From: Azolla caroliniana
Lineage: Eukaryota > Plantae > Polypodiophyta
Reading direction: 5' to 3'
NCBI GenBank assembly: GCA_043228905.1
Contig: JBHGNT010000022.1
Location: 12,214,001 to 12,278,000 of the forward strand
DNA: 64,000 nt
The position numbers were made by a program, and so were the translations under genes. Below, in pieces: positions 12,895 through 26,446 of the stretch. Below the pieces are notes generated by a model. It saw nothing but the letters and a program-made list of their open reading frames with translations, made no database searches and was not told where the DNA came from. The stretch's first letter is position 1. Every line of letters begins with the position of its first letter.

Positions 12895-14332
12895 ATATAG
12901 CTAGCTCTATTCCCCTCTCGGATCCGTTGAAATGCATTGCATGTACCTCTTCATCTCGTTCTGTGTTTCTGCATTTATCTGACGATAGTAGCATGCTTGG
13001 GATATATATATATATATATACTTCTCTTTACATATAGCTCACAACCATATCACACATTCCTTCTCTTACCATTTATTATTCATTCCATTCAATATATCTC
13101 CCAGGCTACAACCACACGGTAAACTTGTGAAGTATCTCGATTCTCAATCACAGATGAAGATTGGTACAATTTCTATACAATTACATCTAACCCACTTGAA
13201 AGAAAGGAACATCATAAAGCTCCAAGGGAAGACTCATCGTTGACTATATGTATCATACTTTCGACCCTACCAATTTCGTTAGGATCGCTCTACGATCCTT
13301 CATCACTGATTACATTCTTCTATTCACGAGCCACTCATTTTCAATCATCAATTACATCCCAACTCACTTGCCGCTCATTTTATTATGTCCATGATACACA
13401 CACACACACCACTTTCTCTACCACAGTCCACAATTATTCTTTCTCCATCATAGTTTGTTACTGAATTTCATGAACATTGCTATTCAATCATCAAATCCAT
13501 TTGCTACTAATAGATATAGATTATGTATATTGTTTATTAGAAAGTTTCATACGTAGGCCATTTAGGCATCCGCTCCCATCAAACACAGTTCACACGGTTA
13601 TGATTCCGGGTTTGCTCCAAATTGAGCAAACCATATCACATGAGGGAGCTTGTTACATTATAATATATATTAGCTTGCCTACATGAATGGTCACTTACGT
13701 ATGGAGTCAGGAATCACAATTATTTTCAAATGTATTGAACAGTGAAAGAACCCAAACTAAAGAGATTATTTAAATAGAACATAAACAAAACTATTCAAAA
13801 CTTTAAAAAAACACACAAGAAGATGAAAACCAATTAGGTTTGTAAATTGTTACATCTTTTCCACAAGAAGCAGAACGTTTGTTTGCACAAGACTTAAAAA
13901 CAGGAGAAAAGAAAAACAAAGTGATCCATTTGCACAAGATTTAGCAGCCAATCTATCATTTCACATAAAATCATGATTCATTCCAAATGAAAATTTAAAT
14001 TTAAATTATGTTTAAACAGTTTGTCACCAAAAACTTGGATCCATATATTGTCCATCAATGTAGAGCTATATTTTTCCTAAACACTTCAAAAAAGATAATA
14101 TCCTATTCTTCATTCAACCACTGGGAAAATTACAATCCATGAGGTTGAAACTCTTCATTCCTGCTATTGTTAGTTCGTTTTGCACCAGAGACCTACTGAA
14201 ATGAAATATCTACTGCTAAAGTCTTTTCCCCTTGTTGAGACAATTTGCTAAATTTGTACAATAGCTAAAAATCCATGAATGTTTATCTACATTTCAACAA
14301 ACAGAGAAATATGGCTGACCTCTACCAATAGT

Positions 14333-17300
14333 TCATGCAACCCCAACTGCCTTTTCACCTTCTTCAGGGAAGCTACCCAGATGGGCTGGCAACTTTCGGA
14401 AAACAAAGCCTTCCTGAGAATCTGATGATCTAACTTCCGTATCCAAAAGAATGACATCATCCTGGTTGAAATCACCACGTAGAATAGATTTTGATATTTC
14501 ATTTTCAACATAGTTCTGGATGACTCTCTTCACTGGACGGGCTCCATAGGCAGGGTCATAACCCAAGCTCCCAAGCAATGAAATGGCTTTTTCAGTATAC
14601 TTAAGAGTGATCTTTTTATCAGTTAGACGCTGTTGCACACGATCCAACTGCAAAATGCACGAATTATTACTAACTCAAGAAGCCTCATGAAATGAGATAA
14701 TTAATTTCACAATGAGAAAACATTTGATACTTTATAGTACATCCTCACAAAATTTCATTTGCTTTGCTTATTGAATTTCTAAAATTAAAATCATGTAAAT
14801 ATGACATCGTAGTAATAAATGTTTTTATTACTTTAGAATTTCTAACAAGAAACTCATCAGCGTCTTAGTTTGTGATCATGCACATCCATGGATTGCTACT
14901 TTGACATTTGACATTTGACATGATAATAGTGAAAATGTTACAATTCCAGCTTAATCAATAATAATAAAATCACAACAATGCTACCTTTACAAAAGGCAAA
15001 GACGTTACCTGAAGCCTCACGATACTATTGATTTGTGCACGATCCAAAGGCTTGAAGACTATATATTCATCAATACGGTTCATGAACTCAGGTCGGAAGG
15101 TCTTTCTTGCCACTTCCAAAACCTGATCTTTCATACTTTTGTATAGCTCATCTTTGAATACAGATTTCTCCAAGGTATTAAGGATAAGCTGAGAGCCCAC
15201 ATTCGAGGTCATGATTATGATAGTGTTGGTGAAATTCACAGTTCTACCTTGTGAATCAGTCACACGGCCATCATCCAGAATCTGAAGGAATATGTTAAAG
15301 ACATCAGAATGGGCTTTCTCGATCTCATCAAATAGAATGACACTATAAGGTCTTCTTCGGACAGCTTCTGTTAACTGTCCGCCTTCTTCATAACCAACAT
15401 ATCCAGGTGGGGCCCCGATAAGGCGAGATACTGCATGTTTTTCCATGTATTCACTCATGTCTATTCGGATCATGGCTTCTTCAGTATTGAAGAGATATGA
15501 AGCCAATGCTTTAGCTAACTCTGTTTTTCCAACACCAGTTGGACCCATGAACATGAAACTCGCTATAGGCCTATCTGGATCCGCTAAACCAGCCCTAGAC
15601 CTTTGTATAGCATCAGCTACAGCTTTAACTCCTTGGTCTTGTCCAATTACTCTTTTGTGTAACTGTTCATCTAAATGAAGTAATTTCTCTCTCTCCGATT
15701 GCTTTAACTTGGACACAGGGATTCGCGTCCATCTACTTACAATCTCTGCTATGTCATCATCTGTTACTTCTTTCCTTAATAAAGTTTTCCCACTTTTTTG
15801 ATAGTCCGACAGCTCTTTTTCAGCCTCTTCTAATTGCTTACTTAACGTAAGTAGCGTCCCATATTTAAGTTCAGCAGCTCTATTCAGATCATAATCCCGT
15901 TCTGCTTGTTGAATTTCCAAATTCACTCGATCAATCTGTTCAGCACATAATAGAGCACATCAGTCTTTCAGATGACTGAAAATCTAAATAAAAAACCATA
16001 GGCACAATCTACCTCCTCCTTCACAGATGTTATTCGATTCATAAGTGTCTTCTCTTTCTCCCACTGATCGGTAAGTTCCTTCTGCTTTTCCTTCAAGCCC
16101 TCTAACTCCTTTTCAAGTTTGCTCAAGCGCTCCTTTGATACTTTATCTTCATCTTTCTGTAGAGAAAGTCGCTCCATCTCTAGTTTCAATACTTCTCTAT
16201 TTGTCTCATCTAAATCTGTAGGCCTTGAAGTTAGCTCCATTTTTATTTTTGCAGCCGCTTCATCAATTAGATCAATTGCTGCAAATAAAAACAGAAAAGC
16301 CAACAGTTTAGATATGCAGTAGCACACTTTCCAGGACACTGTCTATCTTGGCCAACTACTTTAGGGTCTGTCTCACTTGCCATTTTGCCATTTTTGATGC
16401 TGTATGAAATAAATTGAACTATCTAATAACATCAGAGTGGTCGTTAAGATTCTATAGTTTCCCTGGAAGGCCTCCAGTTTTGCAAAAATAGGATAATGCA
16501 GAGACATTCAGTAGAGGCCTACTGAATATCAATCACTTATGGTATCCCATTATCTCAGATATTTTAAAGGATGATGACCGAATGGTTTTAAATGATCTGG
16601 CTTTGCAATTTCGTTAGAACGGCCCCAAAGTCTCCTGAGTGTGTCCATTACCAACAGGGAATTGATTTCCATGAAGACAATGGATCACCTTCTTTAATAA
16701 TGTGCAACTTTTCAAAGCAATATTGTCATTCTTAATTTACATGCACATAAATACAACTATACAATGGTAACTGCTTTAATACACTGATTCAGTCATGATC
16801 CAGATATAGAAAGCAAAAACTACCTTTGTCAGGAAGAAATCGCCCACTAATGTATCGGTCAGCAAGTGTAGCTGCTTCCACAATTGCCCCATCTAGTATC
16901 CGAACTCCATGATGTAGTTCATACCTTTCTCGTAATCCCCTAAGGATTGATATAGTATCCTCCACTGAAGGCTGACCAACATAAACTTGCTGGAAACGTC
17001 GCTCTAATGCTGGATCTTTCTCAATATATTTTCTATACTCTGTCAATGTTGTTGCACCAATGCAACGAAGTTCTCCTCTACCAAGCATAGGTTTCAGCAA
17101 GTTTCCTGCATCTAGGGCACCACCTTGTGCACCTGGAATTGATGGTGACAACTTTGTTCTTCACCAATGGTAAAATATAGAGGACACGCTCCAAATACCA
17201 TCAACTGTTTCTGAGTCGGAATCTAAAAAATCACCCTACCTGCGCCAACTACTGTATGAAGCTCATCAATGAAGAGAATGATTTGCCCATCTGATTCTGA

Positions 17301-20300
17301 AACAGCTTTCAGCACTGCTTTGAATCTATCTTCAAACTCTCCACGATACTTTGCTCCAGCAATGAGTGCACCCATATCAAGCGATATCAGCTGAGGTTAA
17401 AGGACACAGTGTCAAAAATAAACTACAACAAGCCTTGATTGTCTGACTTTGACCTTGAAAGGAATGACAAACCTTCCGATTCGCTATAGCCTCTGGAACA
17501 TCTCCATGCACTATGCGCTGTGCCAAACTGACAAATAGATGCAGGACAACATTATTAATTACATTTATCCTCATGATGGACAGTGATTTAATTCCAGTCA
17601 GCACTACAACTCAATCTAATGAAGCTCAATTTAATTTGTACTGAAATACATGCCCAACATTGTCAAAAACCGTGACAAAAAAGAGCGACTGAAACTTGAG
17701 CTAGTTTAAATTTCATCTGTTATTGTACTAACACACCATATATCAGTCCTATTCAGGAAATACGAAAATGCAAAATGAATCCAAATGCAAACAATTTGCA
17801 TTACCATAAGTTTAGAGCAGTGTATGTATTATACACAGACAGTAGAAACAATTATATATCAGCAGGTGTGCAAGAATGTTTCCTTACAGCAAGCTATCAT
17901 CATACTCTATTAGTAATAAACATCTCAACTGACTCAACATCAGCGGGCATCTGAATTCAACTAAAATTAGGATGTATCTATGACAGACACCAATCCACTA
18001 GATTCAAAAAAATTCTCAAACAACACTGCGTAAGAAGGATTCTTGAACATATTGCATAAAACATGCGTAATTGATACTCTTCACTGTACTGAGAGGCAAT
18101 ATTTTGTCTATTCACAACCTCTCCTACTCTAGAAAAGAGACTGTTAGGAAATCCAGCACTGAAAAAGTGCAACAAACTAGAAAACATATACAAAGTTGTA
18201 GGCATACACATATGAACCTCTTAAGATATCAACATACAAGAAACAGATTAAGCCATATAAAGAGTTGACTCGGAATACAAATGTGAAAGGATTAGAAGTA
18301 CGGAGAAAATGAGAGAACGCACCCTTCTACAACAGCAGTTTTTCCAACCCCAGGTTCTCCAATAATAACTGGATTGTTTTTCGTCCGCCTGCAAAGAATT
18401 TGTATACACCTCCTGATCTCTGAATCCCGCCCAATTACAGGATCCAACTTCCCTATTTTGGCTAATTCTGTAAAATCAACTCCATATTTCTCCAAAACCT
18501 CATACTTCCCTTCTGGATCTGAAAAGAAAAATTTTGAAATTTTGGTTTATAAAATATTTGCATGGACATTAACTTATATATGTTAAGATTCAGCTTCAGA
18601 AACTAAATTTATTACTTTGATCTGTAACTTTCTGTGTGCCCCGGATAGCCTGGATAGCCTCTCGCAAATTCTCTTCACTAAGATTAAACTCTGAAATTAT
18701 GCGCTTCCCAATTCGATTGTCTTGTAAAAAACTTAATAGCATATGCTCTACAGATACGAATGAATCCCCAAACTCTGACTTATAACGTTTTGATCGATCT
18801 ACCAAGCTTCCAAAATCTGGCCCCATAACAGACGCAATTGCACCTGTAATCTACAGATGACACATGGACAATATTCAATTCTACTCTTCTTAATGAGATT
18901 CAGCATAAATAAGTTCAGGAAAGAACGAAGGACTCGCATGATAATATTCAAAATTTATTCTGATTGACAAGATTAAAAATTTTAGGGTACAACAGCAATC
19001 GAAATTGCCAAACTTCTGTTGAAATTCAAAATATGAGAATAAATAGGACTCAGAAATATATTACTAACTGTCCATTAAAAAACATGTGCTGGCCTAAAGA
19101 ACATCCAAGCAAATAATCTTGGGTTGGGATATGATTGCATTAACGAGGAGTTCTACTAGAAAACGTTGACAAATTCTCAAATTCTTATTGACAAGATTCA
19201 AAATCTTAGAACACAACACAGATGAAAATTACTAACCTTGGGTTGCATTTCTATATATCTTTCTGTTGCTTGGAGAAGCTGGGTATTATCCACACCTGCT
19301 TTTGCAAACACCCTTCTTGCAATCCCATTTTTCTGCTCTAACAAGGCTTTCAACAAGTGCTCTGGCTGAATGATTTGCTGCTTTGACTTCTTGGCTACCT
19401 CAATGGAGTTAGCTATGGCTTGCCATGCCATCTCTGTAAAGTCAGACGGATTTATCTACATGAAAACGTCAGAAATTTTTAGCACTGGGAAACATGCATT
19501 AAACCTAATTACGTTTTTGTGGCTAGAATTTACTCAGAAATAATCCAAAATACCTCAAGAGTTTTTTTCTTCGTTCCCTTAAATACCCCCTAAAATAATA
19601 ACTTGGGGTTATTTCACAGTTTTCCCCTACAAAGTATATGTTCCCTTCAAAGTTACAGCACTATAAGAATCAGGGAGCATATAAGATAATAATGGAATGA
19701 TATATCCATAAACTTACCATAGGTATGGAGATTGTGCATGGACAGAGCATACAACATGCAAATGGTTCAATCTCTCAGTACTAACATCAGCTCCTTGACT
19801 ATAATGAAGGTTACGAATGTGCATATAAAATCATGGGCCCCATCTCTAGCATTACTACATTGATTCCTAGCTTCTAATGAAGATTAGCGCATGTATGCCT
19901 CTCTAGATTTATGCAGGCTTCTATCATATAGAGATTTATCCACCAAAGGATAACTTGAAAAATTACTAGTAGCTAGTTGACATGTTAGAAGACCTACAAA
20001 ATTTAGCATTTTGATAGTTGATGTTCTGGGGGAAATATCAAATATTAAGATTTGGAAACAAGGGAAATTTCTCTTCTTGAATTTTTCCAACCAAGAAAAG
20101 TTGAACACGTATACAAGATTCTCACCCTAAATCGGAAAGCATACTTCTACAATAGAAAATGGTAATACATCAACAGAGGGAAGAATGCAAAGCTCTCAGA
20201 TGTAATCGAAAGATAATAAATAGGAATGCATGTTTATGCTTCTATAATTTAACATAGAAATGGAACAACAGAATGACAAGATGACGAAAGAGCAAAAACA

Positions 20301-21543
20301 ACAAGGAGTCGGTTACCGTATATACCCGGGTATGTTTATGATTCCATAATATCACATGGAAAGGAATCAACAGAATAACGGACTACACAGCTCCCTTTTC
20401 GTCTCACAAAATCATTTGACTAAAAAAGAGAGAATAGTCAAAAGATGAACGTGCTTTTGCTTACACAATATCATATGGAAATGAATTCGATAGAAAATAA
20501 TGAATACTAGGCTCTCCTCTTGTCTCTCAGGCTTGTTGAGCAATGAAGCGAACATGTGCAGAAGGAGCCAAAACACGATGCACTCTTTCTTCTATGCATA
20601 CAAAAAATCGATGAACAGTAGGAGAATGTATTTCATATTTGTGATCAACAGAAGGGAGATTTCGTCTTTAAACAATTAACATATTTTGCTAGCTATTGAC
20701 ACAGAGTTCACAAGAAAATCATTAAGCTTGAACACGCAATCTAGAGAAAGAAAGTCCCCCATTTACTTAATTAAGAATGAAAGAATGCAAAAACACATCT
20801 TGTCTGTCAAGATTGGGAAGAGGAAAAAAATATGAAATGTGATAGAGAAAGAACAACAAAAAAATCTTCCCAGACTCAAGTGTCATTAAATAGAAAAGAT
20901 GACGACAGAAAGAGAGGAAGAAGGACGAGAATTCACAGGAAACAAAAAGAAAGAAAGAAAGAAAAATTACCATTTGAAACTTGATTTTAAAAAAGGCAAA
21001 ATTATTTTGTCTCGCAATTTTGTCAAAACAATGAGAAGAATAAGAAGATAAAAGAAAGAAAAAAACACTTGCAGAGAATTCACGTGAGCGCATTCTTCTA
21101 TCTCATGAAATTTGGTGAGGAAAAATGCCAACTCTTCGTCTCACGAATTGTTCAGAACAAACAAGAAAAGAGGAGTACTAGGAAAGAAGACTTACAGAAG
21201 ATTCGGTGCTATTTGCAGAGGTCTGATAAGAACGAGAAGGTAAATCAACGTAAGAACGAAAAGGAGATCCCAAAGCTCCAAAGGAATCTCCATTAAAGCT
21301 AATGCTCTTGATTCCGAGTCTTCTGCTTCCAACGCTCCAAGAGAAAGGAAACGGCAGAATTGAGGAAGACGAAGGTACCAGTAAGGTGCTCACAGCTCTT
21401 TGATAAGGAAAAGCTTCTTCTGGGGCACGGGACCTCGTCCATGGCGCCGGTGAGGAGGAAGAAGAGGGGGAGGAGGATGAAGATCGCAGGGATGAGCGAG
21501 CTGCAGGGGCAGCAGCTCGAGCTAGCTTCGAAAACACAGCCGT
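14333..21543 (-). CDS. CLPB: Organellar ClpB/Hsp100 disaggregase (ClpB3/ClpB4-like, probably mitochondrial). Exons 21543-21196, 19455-19237, 18850-18616, 18518-18323, 17527-17473, 17390-17240, 17132-16824, 16278-16013, 15935-15009, 14647-14333
   Basis: FTEMAWQ N-domain, [38 protein letters not shown] (Walker A1), [33 protein letters not shown], coiled-coil middle domain, [14 protein letters not shown] (Walker A2), [13 protein letters not shown]. All nine introns are GT-AG with consistent phases. Exon 1 encodes an Ala/Arg/Ser-rich transit peptide but has no in-frame ATG. Confidence 0.95.
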
Positions 21544-21677
21544 GGTGGAAGAAGGGTGGAGAAGCAGATTGTCTGATTCCTAAGAAGAAGATGGCGATGG
21601 CGATGGCGATGGCGATGAAGAATGAAGAATGAAGAATGAAGAATGAAGAAGAAAACCTGTCGCGAATGTATTATTAT

Positions 21678-21885
21678 CTCTAGAACGTTCCAAGAAGGAG
21701 AAGAAGAAGGTTTCTAGAATGTTCTAGAAGGGTTTTCGACTCGGCCTCGGCTCCCCGGGGGGCGGCCGATCGCATTCTTTATCAAGTTTTTTTTTTCCGG
21801 AGGAGGGGAGGGAGGAGAAGGAAGTTTCTAGAACTTTCTAGAAGAAGACATACTTCTAGAAAGCCTCGGACGTTTTCCGGGAAGA
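21678..21885. promoter_or_regulatory. Cluster of heat-shock elements (nGAAn/nTTCn arrays) in the ClpB promoter
   Basis: TCTAGAACGTTCCAAGAA (~21679), TTCTAGAATGTTCTAGAA (~21712), GAAGTTTCTAGAACTTTCTAGAA (~21821), TTCTAGAA (~21854). These are canonical HSF sites upstream of an Hsp100 gene. Confidence 0.88.
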
Positions 21886-23493
21886 GAGGCGGATCACGTT
21901 TTTGTGTCACCTATCTATCTATATATGGAGAGGAGGAGGAGGAAGTGCCTTCGACCACCCGACAACATGCATCATACACGAGCATACACACACACACACA
22001 CACCTTCGTACCTTTCATCATGTTCACGAGGAGGAGCGAGTATCCCACAATAACCGTGGAACAACTGCCCCGTCATTGCAGTTTTATTCTTGGGAAGAAG
22101 AAAAAAAAAACTGCTCAGATCACTGCGAGATGGAATGGTCATCGACCTGCTAATTGATACGATGTTCGTGGGGGGGGTGTTGCTCGATTTGAACCTAACA
22201 ACCAAAAACAAATAGTGGCAATGGCTCCCGAGGGAGTGTTGCGAGGTTGATTCAAGGCTAGCTACACTACAGGTCCCTAACACCATATAAAGCTTTTGAA
22301 GTTTTTAGATGGTTGTTGCATTGTATCGGGGAACCTTCTTGTTAAGCAAACGAACACAAAAAGACACCAAGAAGATCAAGATTTTGCAAGCTATCAAATG
22401 GTATCATTCCTCACCACAAGGAAGAAATTATGCAATATTCCAAAAGGAAGAGCACTTAGACATAATTCAACCAATTTTCTACACTACACGTTTGCTACCA
22501 TTGAACATAGTGTTTTTGTTGTTGAATCCATCCGTGACTATGTTATCTATTCTTTTACTACACTAGAAATGGAGTCTCTAGCTTAGAAGGCCTACATTAA
22601 AAAAGATCCCTACTTATGTGAATATAGATGATCCAAGGCATCATTATCAACACGTAAAACTTTCACTACTAATTTTAATAGTACTTACTTTAAGCGTGTG
22701 TCATCCTCCATCCATCACACATATAAGATGTAATCAACATATTATTTACACAAAAGAAAACAAATTAAAAGATCATAGGGGTCCTTCAGCACAATGAACA
22801 AGTTACACCTAGCTACAGGGAAACCAATCACTTGTTACGCTTGTCAATATCGAGTTAATGGCATGGTAGATTTAAGGAAACCAATCACACTAGTTATGCC
22901 ATAGATATTGAGTTGATAGGCTTGTAGGTATGTACTGTGGGGAAAATAATCACCTTGGTATGTCATTTGTAGGTCCAAGACATTAGTTTTTATATTGCCT
23001 CACACGTTCACCCAAACATAAAAGAGATGTCTTCTCCCCCTTGGAAGGGTCTTTATAACCAAGGGCAACCCCTTGAGGCTGCAGGTTCAATCCTCACCAA
23101 CTATGTATTTTGTCTCATAGGTCATATTTCACATCTGAAAACGATAATATAATCTATCTATCTATCTTTCCACATGGTCGCTTCTTCCAATGCATGCTGA
23201 TAAGGTCAATTTGGAATATGCGAGACTTTCGATAGGGCGATGAAATGGACTTTGAAATCACAATAATATCATATTTGTGTGCACGCATACACGCATACAT
23301 GTGGAGTTAGACATTTAGATCCTGTCGCGAACCATGCCTCAAAACTGCACCAAGAGTAAGTACGGGTCATTTGATCAAAATCACGAGATTCTCTTGAGTC
23401 TTGACCATGCCAAGAGGAAGGCCTTCACAGAAAACAAAAAGCCAAGAGATATTCACGGGTCATTCGAAGAACGAGTGAATGAATCTAAAACGT

Positions 23494-24145
23494 TGTCGTG
23501 AAGAAAACCGTCCCTTAGCGTAATCAGTGCATAGCGCGCGTGAGCCGGCTCTTCACGCGTGCGCGCCCTTTAATATATATAGTAGAGAATTAGGTACAAA
23601 GGTATATCCTAGGTAGTTAGATTCGGTAGGTAGGAAGTTAGTGAGGGAAACGACTCCCTTCTTGAAGCTATAAAAGAGAGGGAGACGCGGGGAGAATGGG
23701 ATATTATGATTGAGGAGGACGAAGTGCTGTCGGACCGAAATCAAACGCTTCTCCTCTGTTCGTTCTCGATTGCTCTTCTCTGCAGGTTTTCGGGAGGCAC
23801 GCGCTACTTCGAGGAACACCCGTGTGCTTCCGGCAGCACCTCCATCCTATCCCCTTTCGTGCGCAGACGAGCAGGCATCGACATCTGTTCGCCGGCCTGT
23901 TCGGTTGTAACCGCTCACGTGCTCTGTTGTTTATTTGTCATTCATTAATATACAAACATTCGTGCCTCTCTGTCTCTGTGTCCATTCGCGTCTTCTGCGT
24001 TGACAGGGCCGTGTCCCTGTGTTTCTTTGCTCATACGTAACCGAGCGTCTCTCTCTTTCTCTTTCCCCTTCTATCACCTGCTCTTTGGTTCAAGACCCCG
24101 GTGGTCCCGCCTCGTTTCTCCACGCACGCGCGTAGTAACGCGACA
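23494..24145 (+). mobile_element. 652-bp solo-LTR-like element, TGTCGTG...CGCGACA, 4-bp TSD ACGT
   Basis: ACGT|TGTCG at 23490-23498 and CGACA|ACGT at 24141-24149. Internal TATAAAA at 23669. GC-rich relative to flanks. 3' end resembles the element at 43101-43961. Confidence 0.75.
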
Positions 24146-24361
24146 ACGTGAGACACTCGAGAGATCCGGTGGCCAAATTGAATCGAGAGGCCTTTGGACG
24201 CGTGCCCAGTGAATCAAACCACCCACAAAGACAAAAGACCCATAAATAGAGACAGAGTATGTATGTATGTATGTCTGTACAATGTATGTGTGTATGTACG
24301 CATGTATGTATGTGTGTATGTGTGTATGTGTGTATATGAAAGTGTGAACAAACACAACAGG

Positions 24362-24843
24362 ATGGAGCTCTCCCCATCCATTTGCCTCTCCTTCCCCAAT
24401 CCTTCAAGGCTGTCGCCATATCCCCCATCCTTACCCTTGCATCCAGCTTCCTATCTAGGTCCAAGATCCTGGTTCATCCCAAGCCTATGCTCAAGTAGGG
24501 GGGATCACAGGAACCGGCTACTTCCCAATCTCGCAGCTTCCTATCGTTGGGACGATGATGAAGATGGTGATGATGATGATGACGGTTATGGTGATGGCGA
24601 TACAGGTGATGATGGGGAAATCAGAAGGAATCGAGAAAGAGGTGGATTTGACCATGGTGTTTGGCTATTCAATGGTGGGCAATATTACAAATGCCACGAT
24701 GTGTTAGAAAACATGTGGCACACCTCCCCCGAGCCACAACGTACCGTCCTACATGCTATCTTGCAATGCTCGGTCGGCCTCTACCACCTCTTGAACCAGG
24801 TATGCACACATGTAAAAAGATGTAGGAATGTTGTATGTATGTA

Positions 24844-24876
<33 letters not shown>

Positions 24877-26446
24877 ATGTATGTGTGTGTGTGTATGTGT
24901 GTGTGTATGTATGTATGTGTGTATTATGTATGTATTTATAATGTATTTTAATGTTATGTATACATATGTATGTATGGATGTGTTATTATATTATATATAT
25001 GTGTGTTTGTATGCTATGTATATACAGATTTTGCATACACATGTCAGTAAGTTCGTTTTGTATGTGGATATGGTAAAGGTAAAAGCATGAAATAGTGGTG
25101 GTATATGTTTTGTATGTAGGTTTTTCTACTACGTAATTAGGTTTTTGGGATATATTGCATGGCATCTTGCAGTGTTCCATCTGCATTTGTCCCACCTCTT
25201 GGGGTAGATATTTGGATAAAATATGTTTATATGTGCCTCTATCTTCATTTGTACATTAATCTGGGTAAAAGGGTAATGGAATGGTAGTAAGTTTTGTTTC
25301 AAAGTGGGGTTCAAATATAATTGGACCAATGCCAAGCACATGAAATGAAGGTTTACAGTCTTTTGTATGCTGTATTAAATTGTCTCGGAGGTATTTGCAG
25401 GTGGAAATAGAGTAAAAAATTTCTTTTGAGAATATGCATTGTGTAGATTTTTGGGTTCATATTAGTATGTTTGGGTAATGCTATTCTATCGTCCTGTTCG
25501 TTTAATAGTTTGGTTTACTATCTCTATTGTAAAGACATTTTGCATAGGGGATTCAGACTCCTTTGATCTATATCCTTAAAATTTGCCATCCTTTTGGTCG
25601 TTTTTGATAACCACCAAAATTTTGTTACATAAAAGGATAGTGGTCTTACAAGATTTATTTATGATAGAGGCTTGACATATTTGATAGGGAAAGGTGGAAT
25701 CAGTTTCATGAAGAATAGGACATATTCTTTGTCTGTGGCTGTTCGTAAAGCTAATATTTAGTTTTCGGTGATTTGTAACTCTATAAGTATAAGCATGATC
25801 ACGTTGATTATGTGTGTAAAATCAGAATCATCGAGGAGCAATGACAGAGTTAGGAGAAGGATTAGCGAAACTTCGGAAGCAGAGGTTTAGGATGGGCCCT
25901 TTCCAACGATTTGAACAGGAAATGTCTGAAGTTTTAGAGTATATTTACAACACACAATTAGAACATGCAGCTTGTAAGTGTTTCTCTATCAAAACATCTT
26001 GCCCAATAATGATCTCAAAATAAAACACATGAATGCTTTAACAATGAAAGTAAAACATTAAACTTGAACCCATGACCTTCAAAGGTTTATAAAGAATACG
26101 CTTTTTACTTTCACATCATCACAATTATACATATTTGTTTTTGTGATTATAAAGAAACTGAATATATAAAGGGTATTCTTGTCATGTCATGGTTTGGCAC
26201 ATAACGTTCTTTTTCCTATTTGTTTTTTTGTTATGTATAGGTTCAGAGGATCTATGCATAGCAATGGATGGGTCTCAACGGTCATATCAGTTGCTTGGTA
26301 ATTTTGCCTCAGGAAAACATTTATATGAACTTCATAGAACTGATGAAGAACTTTTCATTGTTTTCATTGCATCTGAGATGGCTGATCCACTAAAAGTGAA
26401 GGTGCCCTCGCTCACTATGACAGGTGATGATCTTCTCAAGTTGTAG
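24362..26446 (+). CDS. DUF309 family protein, probably plastid-targeted. Exons 24362-24799, 25826-25973, 26241-26446
   Basis: FDHGVWLFNGGQYYKCHDVLENMW...LHAILQCSVGLYHLLNQ|NHRGAMTELGEGLAKLRK matches the DUF309 pattern. C-terminal DGSQRSYQLLG...KVKVPSL. GT-AG junctions in frame. Confidence 0.88.

Noticed and set aside
21541-21543. C-to-U editing of ACG to AUG by the neighbouring PPR protein
   Set aside because: PPR-mediated editing is established only inside organelles. This is a nuclear spliceosomal gene and nothing in the sequence links the two loci.
23535-23590. Helitron 5' end (TCTCTACTATATATATTAAAG on the minus strand) next to a GC hairpin
   Set aside because: It lies inside the TSD-bounded element and no matching CTRR 3' end was found.
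24194-25090. 298-aa ORF as a single protein
   Set aside because: Only 24362-24799 is exon. The rest is read-through into (TG/TA)n UTR and intron sequence.
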